A stretch of 64,000 nt of DNA from Nitrospirota bacterium (GCA_963699545.1 CAVOUE010000007.1:32001-96000), one strand, 5' to 3'; counted from the first letter of the stretch, positions 42,789 through 55,221 are shown. Notes: generated from the letters alone by a model not told the origin. Translations and numbers: made by a program.

Positions 42789-44960
42789 TCAGCTCCACAT
42801 CATGGCCTCAAAGTCGGGTGTCGGTACGGCAACAGTGATATAGCCCCTCCACGGACATCGCTCGAACTGCTCCCCTTCCTTCCTGACCGTGATGAAGAGA
42901 TGCAGCTCGTCCCGCTCCTTTGCCCTGATATCCCGAAAAGGGATCGCGCACTCAAGGATCTCGTCAACCGCGACATCCGTGATCTCCCTGATCTCGGACC
43001 AGGTACCGTCGCTTCCGTCCAGGAGATTTGCCGTAGTCCCTTTTCTCACGGGGACATCGAGCCTGCAAGGGAAAGGCCTGCTGATCTCCACGGAAAGCAC
43101 CGAGCCTTCAGGAAAAGCATCGAAGGTACCCACAGGGTCGACACGGACAAAAAGCGTCTCCTTGTTAAAGCCGTAGTAGATCCTTGATATGAGGCCCTCG
43201 GTCATGTGCATGCTCCCGCCCGATTTTCCCACATCCAAGTGCGCACCCTGATACCACTCAAAATAGCTCGTCATAATACCGTCGATCTTGGGATGAATAA
43301 AGCCCCTGATCTCGACCGAAGGCGCGACAGCCCTGTCCTCTCTGAGGACGGGCACATAGAGGTGCTGGGGGACCTCCTGCCCGATCTCTTTATACACCTT
43401 CATGAGATTCAGCCGGAAGAGCTCGTCGAATTCCCCTGCAAGTTCGGTGGAGTGTTCGTCTCCGTACCACCAGTTCCAGTCGCTCCCCTCCGCAACGTAG
43501 AGGGACTTCCACGCAGAATGCAGTTCCTGTTCGGGATGTGCTCTCTGAAACGCCTCAAGGGCATCCCTCGTCTCCGTCAGATAGTCCCATGAGGTATTGT
43601 CCTCTTCGTGGCCGATCCAGACATTGAAGTTCGCATAGATCCAGGAACCTGCTGCCAGGTGTTCCAGCTTCCTCCTCCCTCCCTGCATGTGGAGAAAGTC
43701 GGATATGGTGGTGGTCTTCAGGCGTTCATTTCTTGAAAGACCTTCGTACAGATACCGGAAGAAGTCATTGCCGTCGTTCCCGTAATACTCCCACGCGTTC
43801 TCACCATCAAGGATGATCGGAACGACGTGGGGCTCATTCTGCGGCAGCGAACCCTGGATCTGAAGCAGCCGGCTGATCAGATCGTTGGCAGCGCTCTTCG
43901 GGTCCCACCCGGAGTAGACAAATCCAAGCAGGTCGGAGATCTTGTGGTCCCTGAAAACCATAGAGACACCGGAATATTCATAGGCAGAGTAAAGAGCGGC
44001 CGGGTCAAGCACATTCCCCGATGAGCCCCTCAGGCCTTCCCTGAGCGAACGGGCGAGAATGTCCTCATCAGTGGCGATCCACTGTATTCCCGCTTCGTGA
44101 AAGGCCCTCACAACGTCTTCGCTCACCGACCCCTCAGACGGCCACATGCCGAGGGGTTTGCTCCCGAACAGCGTTTCGTAGTGTTCAATCGCCATCCGGA
44201 TCTGCGTTCGCGCATCCTCGGGATGGGCGAACCGTCTCTTCGGAAGACGCACCTCGGGGACCGGGTCCCTGGCCGTGTTCGTGTCGCAGAGCAGAGGGAG
44301 GATGGGATGATAGAACGGCGTGGTGGATATCTCTATCTGCCCCTTCTGCGAGAGCTCCTTGTATTTAGGGATGATGGCCCGCAGCAGGGAAAACTGCCTT
44401 TCGATCAGGAGTTTCTTTTCGTCCTCCGTAAACCCCTTGCCCTTTGCGGCAAGCTGGCCGAGAAAGGGGTCCTGTGTCCTGAAGACAGGGTCTATCCATG
44501 CAAGGTTGAACAGCACCTGGAGGTCAAGGAAATCGCCGTCGGTAAAGTACCGGACGGCGCGGCGGAGGTCGGTTCCCGAGAACCGCATTCCCCTCTTCAG
44601 CAGCAGCTCATAGTACCGTGGAAACGGCCTCACCATGGTATCCCAGTTGGCGAGGAAGAATTTCTCGAGGATGAACACCCGCTCGTCGTCCGTCAGTTCG
44701 GACGCCTTTTTGAGAGTGACCTGGAGGAACGAGTCCTGCGCGTCATTATCCGTATAGTCGGTGATCTGCTCCAGCAGGGACGGTACAAGGTTAAAGGTCT
44801 GCTTTATATCGGGAAACTCCTCGAGAACCGCTGCCATATCGAGATAATCCTTTGTCCCGTGAAGTCTCACCCAGGGCAAACGGTAGATACCGGTGAAAGG
44901 GTCTTTGTAATACGGCTGGTGCATGTGCCAGAGGAAGGCAACATGCAGCTGATGGCTCAT
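42789..44960 (-). CDS. Glycoside hydrolase family 57 (amylopullulanase-like)
   Basis: WHMHQP; HPILPLL; GMWPSEG; ILDGENAWE; AEGSDWNWW. Confidence 0.92.
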   Translation of the reverse strand: MSHQLHVAFLWHMHQPYYKDPFTGIYRLPWVRLHGTKDYLDMAAVLEEFPDIKQTFNLVPSLLEQITDYTDNDAQDSFLQVTLKKASELTDDERVFILEKFFLANWDTMVRPFPRYYELLLKRGMRFSGTDLRRAVRYFTDGDFLDLQVLFNLAWIDPVFRTQDPFLGQLAAKGKGFTEDEKKLLIERQFSLLRAIIPKYKELSQKGQIEISTTPFYHPILPLLCDTNTARDPVPEVRLPKRRFAHPEDARTQIRMAIEHYETLFGSKPLGMWPSEGSVSEDVVRAFHEAGIQWIATDEDILARSLREGLRGSSGNVLDPAALYSAYEYSGVSMVFRDHKISDLLGFVYSGWDPKSAANDLISRLLQIQGSLPQNEPHVVPIILDGENAWEYYGNDGNDFFRYLYEGLSRNERLKTTTISDFLHMQGGRRKLEHLAAGSWIYANFNVWIGHEEDNTSWDYLTETRDALEAFQRAHPEQELHSAWKSLYVAEGSDWNWWYGDEHSTELAGEFDELFRLNLMKVYKEIGQEVPQHLYVPVLREDRAVAPSVEIRGFIHPKIDGIMTSYFEWYQGAHLDVGKSGGSMHMTEGLISRIYYGFNKETLFVRVDPVGTFDAFPEGSVLSVEISRPFPCRLDVPVRKGTTANLLDGSDGTWSEIREITDVAVDEILECAIPFRDIRAKERDELHLFITVRKEGEQFERCPWRGYITVAVPTPDFEAMMWS

Positions 44961-45021
44961 AGCTGACAGCTCACAGAGAAATGAACGCCTGAACCATGGA
45001 CCATGGAGGATGAGCCGGTCT
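44947..45021 (-). repeat. Heptamer arrays at the GH57 start / ftsB junction
   Basis: Plus strand AGCTGAT GGCTCAT AGCTGAC AGCTCAC, then CCTGAAC CATGGAC CATGGAG GATGAGC. Confidence 0.6.
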
Positions 45022-45023
45022 GA

Positions 45024-46630
<1,607 letters not shown>

Positions 46631-46730
46631 CTATAGTGAAAAATATCTCTCACTGCATCTCTTCCCGTGTCCTTCGGGTCGGTTCTCCCTTTTCCGGTTC
46701 ACCGCTCATCACTCGTTCGAACAAGGTTGC

Positions 46731-48114
46731 TTATTGCAAGTACTGCTTCAGGCTGTTTTCAACCCGCTCCATATCAACGGGCAGATCGCCCAATTCGGCC
46801 CTGCCGGAGATTTGCCGCAGGCACGTCTCCGTAAATATCCTGAACTGCCTCAGCCTGTCCAGCATTTTATCAAACCCCTTCCCGTTCACCTCATCCCTGT
46901 TGAAGGACAGCACCTTATAAAAAAAAGAAGAGAATTCCTCATAGTCATCGTACCTCAGGAGTTTGAACGTAAAGCTTTGAAAATAGAACATGAAATTCCT
47001 CATGGCATCGAAAAGAGGGAGCCGCTGCGTTCTCCCGACCGTCCTCGACAAGGGCCAGGAACCGGTTCAGGATCAGGACATCTTCCCGCAACCTCAGGGA
47101 TTGTTCACGTTTCGTGATGAAGGCGTCAAAGATCTCGCTCCCTTTCACATCGGGCCGCAAGAACTGTACGAGCTGGACAATGCTCTGCTCCGTGAGGTTT
47201 CTCAGGATGCCGTGACTGTTCTCTATCTTCCCCTTAAGATACTGGGGAGACCTGTTCCTGAATACCTCCCTCAGTTCCTGAAGGAATACCCTTTTTGATT
47301 CCATGGAGGCCTGGTAGAAGATCACTCCGAGAAATGTCCGTAACTCATTCCCGGTGACCGTTCGCATCGCTCTGTCGAGATACGCAAGGAGAACGGTGAA
47401 TTCGGACCGGAGCAGCAGGATGATGAGGAGGGAAGAACTGAGGGAGCCGAACCTGGTCGACGTGTCGGCGTATCTGAGATATCTGAGGAAACGGAAAAGA
47501 TAGAGCAGGACCGTGGAGGAATACTTTTTTGTCTCGGCATCCCTGATGTCCTTCACGACACGGGAAACTTCCCGGTTCTCGATCACATCAAAATCGGCAT
47601 TCAGGTTCCGCTTGAAGGGGTTAAAGAAAGTATTTTCCCGGATCTCCCTCCCGACGATCTGACCTATGTTGGTGAACGTGAGGTACGGTATGTGCTCGGT
47701 CTTCAGGATGTCCGAAATGATCCCCTTGAGGTTAATGAACGTATCGTAGAGCAGGAAGAGGCTTTTTTCGGGCACGTCCTGTTTGTACAGCTCCTCCCGG
47801 AGGGCATCCCTCTTTGTGTCATCCAGGAACTTGGAACGGGCGAACTTCTGGAACCAGTAGATGTTTTTCTTCGTCTCAGGGATGATGGCTTCGAGGAGAC
47901 CCACGATCCTGAGAGTAGTGTCCCTCGCGGCGGACAGTTCGTCAAAGAAATTCCTGCTCGCCATGTCCTCCTTCGAGAGGGGAAGATTGTCCACATTGAA
48001 GAACCGGTCCAGGGCGCGGAGGAGGACGTCCAGTTCAGAGAATATGTCCTTGTTCTTCCTCTTTATGGAAGAGACCCAGCTGTCCGCCAGTGATCCCACG
48101 GGCATGGCATTCAT
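46731..48114 (-). CDS. Hypothetical protein, ~460 aa, predicted helical (frameshift near 47030)
   Basis: Two adjoining ORFs in the gcvH-lpdA gene run; no motif recognised. Confidence 0.7.
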
Positions 48115-48123
48115 CCCGCAAGG

Positions 48124-49510
48124 TCACTTCTTCTGGACATGGATGGCCTCCCCGTGGACATCTTCACACGCTTCCAGCACCCCTTCGGACAGGGTGGGAT
48201 GGGCATGTATTGTTTCCACGATACTCTTCACCGTGAGCCCCGCACGCATCGCCAATGCAACCTCGTGAATAAGATCGGATGCGTGGGACCCCGCAATATG
48301 CGCGCCGATTATCCTGTCGGTCGCGGCCTCCGCCATGATCTTGAAAAATCCTGTTATCTCACCCATGGCATGGGCCTTCCCAAGGGCCCGGTAGAGAAAG
48401 CTTCCCTTCCTGAAGGCGATCCCTTTTTCGACTGCCTGATGTTCCCTCAGCCCCACCGAAGCGATCTCAGGAGAGGTAAATATGGCAGCGGGCACCACCG
48501 AGTAATCCATCCTCGCGTCCTCCGCCGCATGCATTCGATGCAGCAACGATCCCCTCCCTTGATGCCTTATGGGCAAGGAGCATGCCTCCGACAACATCGC
48601 CGACGGCGTATACTCCCGCAGCATCCGTCTCCATCTTCTCATTGACGATGATCTCGCCCTTCCCGCCTTTTTGTATGCCAAGGGATTCGATCCCCATGTT
48701 TTCGGTGTTAAATGATCTTCCGACAGAGACGATGATCTTCTCCGTGACCACTTCTTTCCCGTCTGAGAGAGAGGAATGCATGCCGTCTTTCCCGGCCTCG
48801 ACCTTGGTCACACTCACTCCCGTGAGGAGTTTGATCCCCCTCTTCTTGAACTCTCTTTCGAGGAGTTCCGACACCTCCCCATCTTCGGTGGAGAGCGCCC
48901 TGTCCCGGATCTCGACCATGGTCACTTCCGTCCCAAGCTCAGAAAACAGGCAAGCGAATTCCGAGCCGATAACCCCTGCCCCCACGATGAGCAGGCTCTT
49001 CGGGATTTCCTTGATGGTGACCGCATCATCACTGGAGAGAATCTTCTCTCCGTCGAAGGGGAATGCGGGGATCCGGGCAGGTCTTGACCCTGTGGCGATG
49101 ATGATCCTGTCCGCTTCCACCGTATCTCTTGTGCCATCCTCTTTTTCGACCTCAACGCTTCCCGCACTCAGCAGCTTACCGTTCCCCTCGATGAGGGAAA
49201 CGCCCCAGCTCTTGAAGAGCCCCTTGATCCCCTTGACCTGAACCGATACGACCTTGTCCTTCCTCTCCATCATTTTTGGGAGATTCGCCGTAACAGTACC
49301 GTTCAGTTCAATACCGTAATCGGAGAGACTCTTAAGCTTGTGAAGGATCTCTGCGGAAGCGATCAGCGTCTTGGTGGGGATGCACCCCCGGTTAAGACAC
49401 GTCCCCCCCACCTCTGATCGTTCGATCACCGCAGCCTGGGCGCCCAGCTGTGCGGCTTTCAATGCCGCCACATAACCGCCGGGACCTCCCCCAATGACCA
49501 CAACTCTCAT
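48124..49510 (-). CDS. lpdA: Dihydrolipoyl dehydrogenase (frameshift near 48530)
   Basis: GGGPGGY; GGTCLNRGCIPTK; GAGVIG; HAHPTLSE. Confidence 0.95.
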
Positions 49511-49892
49511 TTAGCCTCTTCCTCCAGATACCGTTCATATTCCGTGGAATCCATGAGTTCATCCAGCTCTGACTCATCTTCAATTTCAAGGACCGCGACC
49601 CAGCCCTTCCCGTAGGGCTCTTCGTTGATGACCTCGGGGACTCGGCCAGATCCTCATTCACCTCGATGACCGTCCCGCTCACAGGAGATATGACCGAAGA
49701 GGTGGCCTTTGTGGATTCTATTTCGGCAAGCTCGCTATTCGCTTCAACGGTGGTTTCCGCGTCGGGAAGGTCGATATAGACGATATCGCCGAGGGCCTCC
49801 TGGGCATGGTCGGTGATACCGATGGTCGCCCTCTTCCCCGATACCTTCACCCATGTGTGTTCCTTATGATACCTGATATTCTCCGGATTCAT
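49507..49892 (-). CDS. gcvH: Glycine cleavage H protein / lipoyl carrier (frameshift near 49640)
   Basis: EHTWV; GITDHAQEALGDIVY; ESTKAT lipoyl-Lys; INEEPYGKGW in shifted frame. Confidence 0.92.
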
Positions 49893-50045
49893 TCGAGCCT
49901 CCTTGTCTTATGTGTGAGCATTTCTATCATAGATTTTCCTCTTTGTCAATCGCTTTCTCGGTCTACGTGAGATTGTATCATATCTCGCCCGAAGAACGAA
50001 CCGTTCCCCCTGTGCGCGAGAAAACCCCGGACGCAGAAAAAAAGA

Positions 50046-52637
50046 TCACTGTTTGCGATTCGACAAAACCCGCGATTCAGCCCTGTTCTTAAGCTCCCTG
50101 AGTTGTGCCAGCGCGGTCCTGGACGTCATCTTTGACAGATCCAGGTGAATGAGTTCCAGCAGGAGTGGGTCCAGCCCCGTCAGGAAAAGATCCATCTGGC
50201 CCTGGATCGAGACATCCCTGAGCATAGACCGCGTTTTTCCCGAACCGGTCAGTTCATCCTCAAAGTTCATGAGCACTTCCTTCGCCCTCCCGATCACCTC
50301 TTCGGGAAGTCCGGCAAGGCGGCCTACCTGGATCCCGTAGCTCCTGTCTGCCGGTCCGGGGGCGATCTTCCTCAGGAAGATGATCTCTTCTCCCCACTCC
50401 TTGACCGAGACATTGTAGTTCTTCACACCGTCGAGGGTGAGACTCAATTCAGTGAGTTCGTTGTAATGGGTGGCGAAAAGCGTCCTCGCCTTTATTGCCT
50501 TTGCGATGTGTTCGGCGACCGCCCAGGCGATGCTGATACCGTCAAAGGTGCTCGTCCCCCTGCCGATCTCGTCCAGGACAATGAGACTGCGTTCCGAGGC
50601 GTTGTTCAGGATATTCGCCGTCTCGATCATCTCGACCATAAAGGTGCTCTGCCCTTTCGCGAGGAAGTCCGAGGCGCCGATCCTTGTGAAGATCCTGTCG
50701 ACAACGCCGATCCTCGCTTCCGTCGCAGGCACGAAGCTTCCCATCTGGGCCATAAGGACGATGAGGGCGATCTGTCTCATATAGGTTGACTTCCCTGCCA
50801 TGTTCGGCCCCGTGAGGATCAGAAGCCGGTCACTTTCGTTGTCGATATAGGTGTTGTTGGGAATGAACGGCTCCGGTAAGAGCCGTTCGAGCACCGGGTG
50901 CCTTCCTTCTACGATCTCGATGACAGCGCTGCTGTCATCAATCACGGGTTTGATGTAATTGTGCCTTCTCGCAACCACCGCAAGGGAAGTGAGAAAATCC
51001 AGGAGAGCAATGACATGACCGCAGGAAATGAGACGGCTGCCCTCTGAACGTATCTTGTCGAGGATCTCCTGGAACAAACCATACTCGAGGGTCTTGAGCT
51101 GTTCCTCCGAACCTATGACTTTTGCTTCATATTCCTTGAGCTCGGGGGTGATAAACCTCTCTCCGTTCACAAGGGTCTGTTTCCTTACGTAGTATTCCGG
51201 CACAAGGTCAAGATTTGCCTTCGTCACCTCAATGTAATAGCCGAATATCCTGTTATATCCAACCTTGAGAGAAGAGATCCCGGCCTTCTTCTTCTCCCTT
51301 GCCTCAAGGTCGGCAATGAAATCCTTGCCGCTCACCGAGATCTTCCTGAGTTCATCCACTTCTCTGCTGTATCCGGTCCTGAGGATGCCTCCTTCCCTGA
51401 TACCGAGGGGAGGGTTGTCCGTGATCGAGGAGTCTATGAGTTCCCTGACCGCCCTCAGGTCGGGGATATCTTCGCCCAATGAACCGAGATATGCATCCGG
51501 CGATGATAATGCCGCCTTCTTTATGGCGGGAAGAGCTGCAAGGGAATTTCTGATGGCGATGAGATCCCGCGGGGTGGCTGATCCCCCGATCACTCTGGAG
51601 GCAAGTCTCTCCAGGTCCTGAACCTTCCGGAAATTGCTGCGCAGTGTCTCGATGAGTTCGTAATCATCCACCAGCGCCTCGACCGCCTCAAGGCGCTTCC
51701 GTATCGCGGCGACATCGATGAGCGGCCTGAGGAGAGCGCTCCTGAGGTGCCGTCCGCCCATGGGAGTGAGTGTCTCGTCGAGCACAGCGAGAAGGGTTCC
51801 GTCGGTCCCTCCCTTCAGATTGCGTGTGAGTTCAAGGTTACGCTGCGTTGTTGCGTCAAGAAACATATACGCACTCTGAATAAGAGGGGTGATCTTCTTG
51901 AATTGAATGGACTCTTTCTGTGTGTTCTCGATATAGACGATGAGCGCCCCTGCTGCTGATACGGCGGCGTTCATTCCCTCACACCCATACCCTTCCAGGG
52001 AAGATACCGCGAAGTGCTTCAGAAGAACCCGGTAGGCCTCGGAGAAGTGAAACGTCCAGTCCTCGGCCGTAGTGGCGTAATACCCTTTCATGATCTCGGA
52101 ATATTGGATATTGTCCTTAAGGCTTTCGGGGAGCAAAAGCTCGGTGGGCTCAAACCTGCTGAGTTCGTCTTCTATGGGCTGCTCGGTCTCGTAGACCATG
52201 AACTCGCCCGTGGAGATATCCGCAAGGGCGACCCCATGCTTTTTCCCGTCAGGAAAGAGACTGAAGAGGTAATTGTTCTCTTTCGGATTTTCCGGCGTGT
52301 ACGTCCCGGGAGTGATCACCTTCACCACATCCCGCTGAACAATGCCCTTGCCTTCCTTCGCATCTTCCATCTGTTCGCACACGGCGACCCGGTGACCTGC
52401 CTTGACAAGCTTTGCTATGTAGGATTCAGCGGCGAAATAGGGTATGCCGCACATGGGGATGGGGTCTTCCTTTGCCCTGTCCCTGGTCGTGAGCGCGATC
52501 TGGAGGATCTTTGAAGCAACCTTCGCGTCTTCACCGAACATCTCGTAAAAGTCACCAAGACGGAACATGAGGATGGCATCCCCATGCTTCTCTTTGATGC
52601 TGAAATACTGCTTCATCAACGGGGTCAGTTCGGGCAT
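50046..52637 (-). CDS. mutS: DNA mismatch repair protein MutS
   Basis: TPLMKQY; GDFYEMF; GPNMAGKST; DEIGRGT; SYGIQV. Confidence 0.97.
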   Translation of the reverse strand: MPELTPLMKQYFSIKEKHGDAILMFRLGDFYEMFGEDAKVASKILQIALTTRDRAKEDPIPMCGIPYFAAESYIAKLVKAGHRVAVCEQMEDAKEGKGIVQRDVVKVITPGTYTPENPKENNYLFSLFPDGKKHGVALADISTGEFMVYETEQPIEDELSRFEPTELLLPESLKDNIQYSEIMKGYYATTAEDWTFHFSEAYRVLLKHFAVSSLEGYGCEGMNAAVSAAGALIVYIENTQKESIQFKKITPLIQSAYMFLDATTQRNLELTRNLKGGTDGTLLAVLDETLTPMGGRHLRSALLRPLIDVAAIRKRLEAVEALVDDYELIETLRSNFRKVQDLERLASRVIGGSATPRDLIAIRNSLAALPAIKKAALSSPDAYLGSLGEDIPDLRAVRELIDSSITDNPPLGIREGGILRTGYSREVDELRKISVSGKDFIADLEAREKKKAGISSLKVGYNRIFGYYIEVTKANLDLVPEYYVRKQTLVNGERFITPELKEYEAKVIGSEEQLKTLEYGLFQEILDKIRSEGSRLISCGHVIALLDFLTSLAVVARRHNYIKPVIDDSSAVIEIVEGRHPVLERLLPEPFIPNNTYIDNESDRLLILTGPNMAGKSTYMRQIALIVLMAQMGSFVPATEARIGVVDRIFTRIGASDFLAKGQSTFMVEMIETANILNNASERSLIVLDEIGRGTSTFDGISIAWAVAEHIAKAIKARTLFATHYNELTELSLTLDGVKNYNVSVKEWGEEIIFLRKIAPGPADRSYGIQVGRLAGLPEEVIGRAKEVLMNFEDELTGSGKTRSMLRDVSIQGQMDLFLTGLDPLLLELIHLDLSKMTSRTALAQLRELKNRAESRVLSNRKQ

Positions 52638-52776
52638 AGGATATTAAATACCATAATACGGCGAAAGTGCAAGAGAGGGTGGTCGCTCACAAATCAGGTA
52701 TAGATCAAGGCTAAGGACATTATGGATGAGATTCCCGACCTGGACCTTAACGACGATCTCGCTCTCTTGCTCTCTC

Positions 52777-53154
52777 CTAAAACGTCACGCTCTGCCGTTC
52801 CAGGAGCATTTCCCCCAGGAACGAGCCGGGCTTCACTTCCGCGTTCTTCACCAGCTCCGCCTTATCGAGACCGTAGTGCTTCACACAGGATGCACAGATG
52901 TAGAACTGCACATCAAAATCTTCCAGCAGGGTTCTCATAAGTTCGTGGACAGGCGAGAACTCGTCCTTCTTCTGAAGCTCGGACAACGTCTCGGCAAAGC
53001 CCTTCTTTGCGATGAGGACCCCATCGTCCATGAGAAAAAAGACAAGATCGATATCAAAGGCCTTCATGTTGGACGCAAGCTGCATCGCCCCTGCAACGAT
53101 GTCAGGCCTGTCGTAGGAGTGGCTGAGGATGAAAACAAATTTTTTGTTCTCCAT
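52777..53154 (-). CDS. DsrE/DsrF-like family protein with CxxC
   Basis: 125 aa from MENKKFVFI; FFLMDDGV; YICASC; GAGGA RBS. Confidence 0.75.
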   Translation of the reverse strand: MENKKFVFILSHSYDRPDIVAGAMQLASNMKAFDIDLVFFLMDDGVLIAKKGFAETLSELQKKDEFSPVHELMRTLLEDFDVQFYICASCVKHYGLDKAELVKNAEVKPGSFLGEMLLERQSVTF

Positions 53155-53259
53155 AAGTTCCTCCTTTATTTCAATTATATCTGAAGCAGTGGGTTCCCGT
53201 CTTCCCGACAAACGATTTTCTTCTTCTCCGCGCTTCCCGTTAAGGTTCTGCAAACAAAG

Positions 53260-53288
53260 TTGACTACACAAGGGAAATATGACATAAT
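53260..53288 (+). promoter_or_regulatory. Sigma70-type promoter for the multiheme cytochrome
   Basis: TTGACT-17 nt-CATAAT with extended -10 TG. Confidence 0.6.
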
Positions 53289-53396
53289 GGCAAGAAATTT
53301 GGGTCTTGTGTGGAATCTTTGCGGCATAACGTGTCATTCTGGTACTGTTTTCATAGAAAAGAGGGGCGCTTTTGAGAAATAAAAATGGAGGGAAAG

Positions 53397-54293
53397 ATGA
53401 AACGAGAAAAGCGCAGTAGTCTTCTGGTCGTGTTATGCCTGATGGTGGGGATCGGGATGCTTCTGACGTATGGAGGGTCGGCCCCCGCACAGACGCCGGC
53501 GAAGTCACCAACTCTCGCTGTGGCACAGACGCCGCCGGCGAAAGCACCAACTCTTTCGAATGATGATTGCATTAAATGCCATGCAGGTCCGCCTGCGGAC
53601 GTAATTGCGAATGGAGGAAAACACCAGTATGTCGGTTGCATGGACTGTCACGCCGGTCATCCGCCCACGGTAAAGAAGCCCATCCCGCAGTGCAGCCAGT
53701 GTCACATGGGCAAACCTCACTATGAACTGAAAGGCTGTCTGGCCTGTCACAGGAATCCTCACACACCCCTGAAGGTCACGTTCGCGAGCAACGTCACTGA
53801 CCCGTGTCTCACCTGTCATACCCAGCAGATCGCTCAGCTCAGGGAAAACAAGAGCAAGCATACCGCCCTGTACTGCAGCACGTGTCACAGCGTTCACCGC
53901 AAGGTGCCGGAATGTACTCAGTGTCACAAACCGCACGCCGCAGATATGGGTGCAGGAAACTGTAAGAAATGCCATAAGGCACATATGCCAAAGGTCGTGA
54001 CCTATGCGTCCGACATCCCGTCAAAAGACTGTGCGGCATGCCATAAAAAGGCATTTGCCCTCCTCGCCGAAAGCGCGGCCAAGCATAAGACCTTCGCTTG
54101 TGCTTTCTGCCATCAGACAAAGCATAAAATGCTGCCTAAGTGCCAGGACTGCCATGGCACTCCCCATCCGGTGGGTATTATGGCCAAATTCCCGAAATGC
54201 GGCGATTGCCACAGCATCGCCCATGACCTGAACCACTGGCCGCCGGCCGGAAAAACTAAAGAGTCACCCGGGGACATGAAGAAAAAGAAATAG
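53397..54293 (+). CDS. Exported dodecaheme c-type cytochrome
   Basis: Signal peptide; 12 CxxCH motifs counted (CIKCH ... CGDCH) plus extra His residues. Confidence 0.93.
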   Translation: MKREKRSSLLVVLCLMVGIGMLLTYGGSAPAQTPAKSPTLAVAQTPPAKAPTLSNDDCIKCHAGPPADVIANGGKHQYVGCMDCHAGHPPTVKKPIPQCSQCHMGKPHYELKGCLACHRNPHTPLKVTFASNVTDPCLTCHTQQIAQLRENKSKHTALYCSTCHSVHRKVPECTQCHKPHAADMGAGNCKKCHKAHMPKVVTYASDIPSKDCAACHKKAFALLAESAAKHKTFACAFCHQTKHKMLPKCQDCHGTPHPVGIMAKFPKCGDCHSIAHDLNHWPPAGKTKESPGDMKKKK

Positions 54294-54314
54294 ACACTTC
54301 CCGGTGGAGCGACC

Positions 54315-54351
54315 AAGGAGGGCCTGTGAATCACAGGCCCTCCTTTTTTTT
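54315..54351 (+). terminator. Rho-independent terminator after the cytochrome
   Basis: AAGGAGGGCCTGTG-AAT-CACAGGCCCTCCTT hairpin running into an 8-T tract. Confidence 0.9.
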
Positions 54352-54437
54352 GCTACTCACCGGGAACGTTCAACATCAGGCGGTCGGAGTCACGCTGTGG
54401 ATACATAAAGACCGGTAAGCCAGGATCTTCTTCAGAA

Positions 54438-54512
<75 letters not shown>

Positions 54513-54613
54513 ACTCCATTGGTTATAAACTACCACTCTCTCAAAAGTCAAGGAACGACAACCGTCTATTGTCCGTGCTGCATCAGTCCAGTTTGTCATA
54601 CAACAGCAGGCGT

Positions 54614-55204
54614 TCAAATCTTTGCGATGATATTTTCTAACCCCACGCGTATGAGCATGACCGCAATGGATGCCAGGAGCAGCGCCATGATCTTTGAAAC
54701 AGCCAGGATACCCCCCCTGCCGAAGATGGAGAGTATCTTTGCCGAAGCCCTGAAGGAAAGCCAGACGATAATGAGGTTCACAATAAAGGAGATGATGGTG
54801 GGAACAACGCCGTAGTGATCTACGAGCACAAGGATCGTGGCGAGCACCGCCGGTCCCACGATAAGAGGGACTCCGAGGGGAACGACGCCAAGCTTCCCTG
54901 CCTGTTCCCGCATCTTCGTGTAGCCCATGAGATCGAGGATCGCAAATATGAGAAGGATAAGTCCTCCTGCGATCTTGAAATCATTTTCAGTGATCCCGAG
55001 GATCCTGAATATCGCCTCTCCCACGGCAATAAACGTGAGGCCCACCGCCAGGGCAGTGATGACTGATTCACGCTCCACATCAAGTTTCTTCCTGCCCGGC
55101 ATCCCTTCGGTCATTGACACAAAAATGGGGATGACGGCAAAGATATCGATCGCCACAAATATCGGGATGAATGCGTAGAGTGCGTCTCTTATTACGTTTG
55201 GCAT
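54614..55204 (-). CDS. MarC family membrane protein
   Basis: Six hydrophobic segments; FKIAGG; VVPLGVPLIVGP. Confidence 0.88.
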   Translation of the reverse strand: MPNVIRDALYAFIPIFVAIDIFAVIPIFVSMTEGMPGRKKLDVERESVITALAVGLTFIAVGEAIFRILGITENDFKIAGGLILLIFAILDLMGYTKMREQAGKLGVVPLGVPLIVGPAVLATILVLVDHYGVVPTIISFIVNLIIVWLSFRASAKILSIFGRGGILAVSKIMALLLASIAVMLIRVGLENIIAKI

Positions 55205-55221
55205 ATCAATTCCTCTTCATG

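Noticed and set aside
46650-46720. Further degenerate heptamers upstream of eno (GTTCACC GCTCATC ACTCGTT)
   Set aside because: Only about three weak units; cannot be told from chance by eye.
53288-53305. Sigma54 promoter TGGCA...TTGG upstream of the cytochrome
   Set aside because: The -12 position is GG rather than the required GC; a good sigma70 promoter is adjacent.
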